Shown: positions 59,301 through 64,000 of the stretch, in pieces | Layout of the letters: each line of letters starts with the position of its first letter | Numbering within the stretch: position 1 is the stretch's first letter | Translations under genes and position numbers: made by a program | NCBI GenBank assembly: GCA_963771465.1 | Contig: CAVYTU010000014.1 | Coordinates: 96,001 to 160,000, forward strand | Length of the DNA: 64,000 nucleotides | Reading direction: 5' to 3' | Source: an uncultured delta proteobacterium | GTDB taxonomy: Bacteria; Desulfobacterota; Binatia; UBA9968 | The notes under the pieces: generated by a model | Databases searched by the model: none | Told to the model about the DNA's origin: nothing | The model's input: the letters and a program-made list of their open reading frames with translations, nothing else

Positions 59301-60625
59301 ATGCTTTCACAGCAAGAAAATGAACTCCTCACTAGGGTGGGCCCCGGCACGGTGATGGGCGAATTCATGCGGCAATATTGGCTGCCCGCGCTCTTATCAA
59401 AGGAACTGCCCGAGCCGGACGGACAGACCGTGCGGGTTCGTCTCCTGGGAGAAAACTTGGTGGCGTTTCGCGATAGCCATGGCAATCCTGGCATGCTAGG
59501 CGCACACTGCCCGCACCGCGGCGCGCCGCTATTTATGGCCGTAATGAAGCGGGCGGCCTGAGATGCGTTTACCATGGCTGGAAATTTGACATCGGCGGGC
59601 AGTGCGTCGATATGCCCAACGAGCCGCCGGAAACGGTATTCAAGGATAAGATTCGCCACAAATCCTATCCCTGCCGCGAGTATGCCGGCGTCATTTGGGT
59701 TTACATGGGCACGCTCGCTACGCCGCCGCTCCCGGAACTGGAATGGACCTTGGTGCCGGATGAAAATCGTTATCTCGCTAAGCGGGTGCAAAATTGCAAC
59801 TTCGCGCAGGCGCTGGAGGGCGAAATCGATCAGAGCCACAATTCCTTCCTGCACGCCCCCGGTAGCCAGCTCAAACCCGAGGTTTTCGACGGCACCACTG
59901 ATGTCGAACTCTGGCGCAAACGGGATACCCACCCGCACTTTTCCGCCTTCGATACCAACTACGGCGTGTTGATCGGCGCGCGGCGCGACATCGATGAAGT
60001 GAATTGTTATTGGCGCCTGACCCAATTCCTGCTGCCCTTTTACGTCATGACCGGTCCCTACGGCGAGAATCCAACGCGCCACACGCGCATGTGGGTGCCG
60101 ATGGATGATGACACGACGATGTTGGTTGCGTGCAATTTTCATCCGCTGAGACCGCTCACCGAGCAGGAGATCGACCGGCTGCAGCGCGGTTCGGGCGCGG
60201 GATTTGTCGGCACGGATCATTTCCTCCCGACGGACAGCTCACCCGGCGGCGCTTGGCGGCCCAAGGCGAGCCGAGAGAATGATTTTTTCTTTGATCGCGA
60301 ACTACAACGCACGAAATTTTTCTCGGGCATTCGGAGTTCTGGGCGCAGGATGCGGCGGTGCAGGAAGGCATGGGGCCGATTTACGATCGCACCCAAGAGC
60401 ACCTGGGGACAACCGACATCGGCATCATCCATTTCCGCAAGCGTTTGATCGATAGCGCCACAGCCTTGCGCGAGAGCAAGACCGTGTCACCGAGCGCTGT
60501 TGATCCCTCAATGTATCGGGTGCGCGGCGCCGCGGCGCTCTTGGCCAAAAACGCTGACTGGATCGAAGCTACTGAAGAAATCCGCAAAGTCACCCGGCAC
60601 CAACCCCGCAGGACCGGGACGCTGA
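59301..60625 (+). CDS. Rieske non-heme oxygenase alpha subunit (phthalate 4,5-dioxygenase/LigXa-like), frameshifted as assembled
   Basis: LTRVGPGTVMG, CPHRGA...RCVYHGWKF, EG.ID.SH.SFLH, EHLGTTD; single-base losses near 59535, 60330 and 60595; end approximate. Confidence 0.85.
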
Positions 60626-60652
60626 GCGCGAAACAGTTAAAAGGAACCGTCT

Positions 60653-61736
60653 ATGAATCGTCGCCCGGATCGCAAAACAATCCTTGCTCGCGCCATTATA
60701 TTGGGCCAGCTAGTGTCGCTCTTGATCGTCGCGCCGTCTTGGTCCGCGGACGTTGGGCAATACTTCACCGGCAAGACACTCAAGATCGTCGTCGGCTACG
60801 CGCCCGGCGGCGGCTACGATACTATCGCGCGCTTGTTCGCCGTGCACTTTCACAAACACCTGCCGGGCCAACCGCTGATTCAAGTCGTCAACATGCCGGG
60901 CGCGGGATCTGAAATTGGCTTGCGCTACGTCATGAAGGCGAAAGCCGATGGCCTGACGATACTCAACATGCCGAAAGTTTTTATGATTCGCGAACTCCTC
61001 GGCGAAGATATCAAGGAGTTCGATTACCAGCGCGCTCTCTACCTCGGCCAGCCCGACGCTGTCGCGGACGCCGGCGTGCTGATGGCGCGAACCCAGATCG
61101 CGACTTCGTGGAAAGAGATCGCCAATCGCGGCAAACCAGCGACCAACGGCGAGACCGAAGTCGGCACCTCGGTGAGCATTCCAGCGGCCTGGCTCGAACT
61201 CATCGGCGCACCGATCAAAAACGTCTACGGTTACGGCGGCGGATCGGAAGTTCTAGGCGCGTTCAATCGCGGCGAACTCGATCTGACGACGCGAGCCAGC
61301 GAGATCGCGCTGATCAAGCGCAGCTTTCCCGAATGGCTCGAAAAAAAACCGGCGTATCTTACACCCATCGTGCGCTGGCGCGGCTTGCTCGGCAAGGACT
61401 TCCTGGAGGCTGGCAAGTGGCCGCAGCCTCCCGACATTTTTGAAGTCGCCAAAGGAACCGAAGCTCAACGGGCGGCGCTGGAAGCCTGGATGGAGGTTGG
61501 GGACCGGATCAAAAGTATTTACGCTGCCGCCCGGCGTCCCCGCCGATACTTATCAGGCACTTAAAAAATCTTTCGAGGCCACTGTCGCCGATCCCGCCTT
61601 CGTCAAAGACGCCACTGCGCGCGGCATCGACGTAACCCTCTTAAAAGCAGAAAATCTGATGACGTCGGTGAAGAAGGTTACGACTGCTTCTGACGAAGTG
61701 CGGCAAATTCTTCGAAAGCTCTACACCGGCAAATAG
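60653..61736 (+). CDS. tctC: Tripartite tricarboxylate transporter substrate-binding protein (Bug/TctC), one frameshift
   Basis: VGYAPGGGYD..AR, NMPGAG, GYGG...A..RGE.D; C-terminus LPPGVP continues in the 61440-61736 frame after a G run near 61500. Confidence 0.8.
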
Positions 61737-61848
61737 CTTAGCTTTGCCGCTAAAAGCGAGCTATCCGGACCGGTTTCACGCCGCGCAATTCCCAGACCAC
61801 TGCATTGTATCAGCGGTAAAATAGCCACCACACCGCGGGAGAATCAAT

Positions 61849-63975
61849 TTGATCGACGCCTACTTCGACGCCGCGGCTAAGCTCTTCACGCTCTGGCCGA
61901 TGTTCGCGCTCCTCCTCGGCGTCACCATCGGACTAGTCAACGGCGCCTTGCCGGCCGGCGGCAGCATCCCGCTGTTGATCATCTTGATGGGTTTTGCCTA
62001 CGGCATGGACCCCGCCGTCGCTATTCCATTGGTGATCGGCGCCATGGCGGTGAACGGCACCACGGATCCGATACCGTGCATCCTGCTGGGAATTCCCGGA
62101 TCGGCCTCAGCCCAAGCGACCGTCCTCGACGGCCACCCGTTGGCCCAGCAAGGGCGCGCGGGCTACGCATTGAGCGTGGCTTACACCAGCTCTCTGATCG
62201 GCGGTTTGATCGGCGCCGTCGCCTTAGCGTTGTTCGTGCCGGTGGCACGGAGTTTTCTAACCTTGTTCGGCTCGGTAGAGTTTTTTGCTTTAGCTCTGAT
62301 CGGAATCGCCATCGTCGGCGTGGTCAGCACCGGCGCGATGATCAAAGGACTTCTCGGCGCCGCCTTCGGTCTGGCCATCGCGTTGATCGGCGTCGACCCG
62401 ATTACCGGTACCGAGCGCTTGGTCGCGGTGGAATATCTTTGGGAAGGAATTCCGCTGGTGCCAGCGATTGTCGGCTTATTTGCCATCCCGGAGATTCTCG
62501 ATCTTGTGGTCAGCGATCGACCGATCGCGCGTAAAGCGCTGGATCTGGAAAAGGTGCAAGCCGACATTCGTAGCCAGCGCGGCGAGGGCATTCGCGAGAC
62601 CTTTCGCCACAAGTTTTTAGTATTGCGCGCCTCGCTGATCGGTCTGTTTGTCGGCATGATGCCTGGCGTCGGCGGTTCGGTGGCACATTGGCTCGCCTAC
62701 GCGCAGGCGCGCCAAACCGAGAAAGGCGCGTTCAAGACTTTCGGCACCGGCGACATCAGAGGCGTGATCGCGCCGGAAAGCGCGAACAATTCAATCGACG
62801 CCGGGGTCCTCATGCCGACGGTGGCTTTTGGCATCCCGGGCAGCGGCCAGATGTCGATCTTTCTTGGTTTTCTCATCCTGCTCGGATTGCAGCCCGGACC
62901 GGCGATGTTGAACCAGCATTTGCATCTGACTTTGCTGATGGCATGGTCGTTGGCGGTCGCCAACGTGATTGCCACGGTGGTAGCGCTCTACTACACGCCG
63001 CAACTGGCGCGCATCGCCGCGATGAATCCCAACGTGCTGGCGCCGATCGTTTTGGCAATGTTGTTTCTCTCGGGATTTCAGAGCAATCGCTCCATGGGCG
63101 ATCTCGTCTTGATGTGTCTGTTGTTCGCCGTCGGCTGGTTCATGAAGCGTTACGGTTGGCCCCGTGTGCCGATCATCCTCGGCTTGGTTCTCGCCGAGCC
63201 GCTGGAGAAATATATGTGGCTCTCGCTTAATACCTATGGTGTAACGATGCTCGCCCGACCCCAGGTTTGGATCATTTCCGCTCTCGCGCTGTCATCATTG
63301 TTGTTATCATTACGCGCCCAGCGCGCCACCCGAAGCATCGACATTGCTAGCTCGGTGACTTCAGAAAATGAGCGCTCAACCCCCGAGCCTCGTCAAGGAG
63401 ACAATAGTTACGATGCGCCGGCATCGGGCGTACTTCGCCGCGACGCTTTGAAAGCGAAAAGAATCTCGCTCACGACCACTCTCGAGTCGCTTTTCCTGGC
63501 AGCTAATTTTGCTCTGTTTATCTATTTCATCGTCGCAGCGCGAAACTGGCCGCTTTCGGCGGCGCTGCTGCCGCGCCTGGTTGGCGCCGCCGGCTTGGTT
63601 CTTCTCGCCTGCTTTCTCATCCAGAAAGCCGTAGGCACAGCGCGCGGCGTAACCGAAGGTGGCATCCTCGATATCGGCTTTCGGGATTCTGATCTCACCC
63701 ACGATGAAATCACTCGGCGAATTCTCCGCGTCGTGGGATCGATGGCTGCCCTGCTCGCCGGCGTTTGGCTAGTTGGGTTTCATATAACGATCCCGCTCTA
63801 TTTGTTGGTTTACTGCACGGTGTTCGGCGCCATGCAGTGGCGCAACGCATTTCTGATCGCAGCCGGTTTTGAAGTTTTCATCGTCGGCGTTTACGATATG
63901 CTGGTTCATGTAATTTGGAACGAACCACTCCTGTTGAAACTCGCCGCGGTTGTAGAGCTGCCGATGTTCCGTTAA
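61849..63975 (+). CDS. tctA: TctA permease with fused C-terminal TctB-like domain
   Basis: GIPG...AT.LDGHPLA, G..APESANN, FGIPGS; extra 4-5 TM segments after a hydrophilic linker. Confidence 0.85.
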   Translation: MIDAYFDAAAKLFTLWPMFALLLGVTIGLVNGALPAGGSIPLLIILMGFAYGMDPAVAIPLVIGAMAVNGTTDPIPCILLGIPGSASAQATVLDGHPLAQQGRAGYALSVAYTSSLIGGLIGAVALALFVPVARSFLTLFGSVEFFALALIGIAIVGVVSTGAMIKGLLGAAFGLAIALIGVDPITGTERLVAVEYLWEGIPLVPAIVGLFAIPEILDLVVSDRPIARKALDLEKVQADIRSQRGEGIRETFRHKFLVLRASLIGLFVGMMPGVGGSVAHWLAYAQARQTEKGAFKTFGTGDIRGVIAPESANNSIDAGVLMPTVAFGIPGSGQMSIFLGFLILLGLQPGPAMLNQHLHLTLLMAWSLAVANVIATVVALYYTPQLARIAAMNPNVLAPIVLAMLFLSGFQSNRSMGDLVLMCLLFAVGWFMKRYGWPRVPIILGLVLAEPLEKYMWLSLNTYGVTMLARPQVWIISALALSSLLLSLRAQRATRSIDIASSVTSENERSTPEPRQGDNSYDAPASGVLRRDALKAKRISLTTTLESLFLAANFALFIYFIVAARNWPLSAALLPRLVGAAGLVLLACFLIQKAVGTARGVTEGGILDIGFRDSDLTHDEITRRILRVVGSMAALLAGVWLVGFHITIPLYLLVYCTVFGAMQWRNAFLIAAGFEVFIVGVYDMLVHVIWNEPLLLKLAAVVELPMFR

Positions 63976-64000
63976 TGGGAGAAACTATGGCGACGACAAA

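Noticed and set aside
59301-61736. Programmed frameshifting or decay in the Rieske oxygenase and tctC
   Set aside because: Same homopolymer single-base pattern, no slippery heptamer or stimulatory structure seen; treated as probable artefacts.
1-64000. CRISPR array, tRNA/rRNA, retron/DGR, prophage or IS element
   Set aside because: No regularly spaced repeats, cloverleaf, reverse transcriptase, integrase, transposase or phage genes were recognised.

Overview
Bacterial chromosomal window, moderately GC-rich. The expanded ABC/TTT solute-binding proteins, amidohydrolases, UbiD, cupin and Rieske genes and the short iterated intergenic repeats suggest Candidatus Binatia or a similar soil deltaproteobacterial lineage (inference only). 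In order, the window holds: a RoxA/MauG-like di-heme cytochrome c cluster; a candidate structured ncRNA; a tandem array of ABC_sub_bind paralogs with miniature relics flanking a vapBC-type TA module; tldD-pmbA; an archaeal-type GAPDH; trpL attenuator-trpE-trpG followed by a stand-alone archaeal-type ThrRS editing domain; many transport/catabolic genes; a solitary integron attC with a cassette remnant; a GlcG/HbpS + reductive-dehalogenase-like + truncated Rdh-paralog module; pyk; a gentisate-dioxygenase + PqqC/CADD-like pair; a selenoprotein candidate missed by the ORF track (UxxC glutaredoxin-DinB fusion with SECIS-like hairpin); MmgE/PrpD + ABC operon; Rieske oxygenase and TTT transporter. 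Several frameshifts sit in homopolymers and are probably sequencing errors. No rRNA, tRNA, CRISPR, integrase or transposase was seen. Family assignments come from motif recognition, not database searches.
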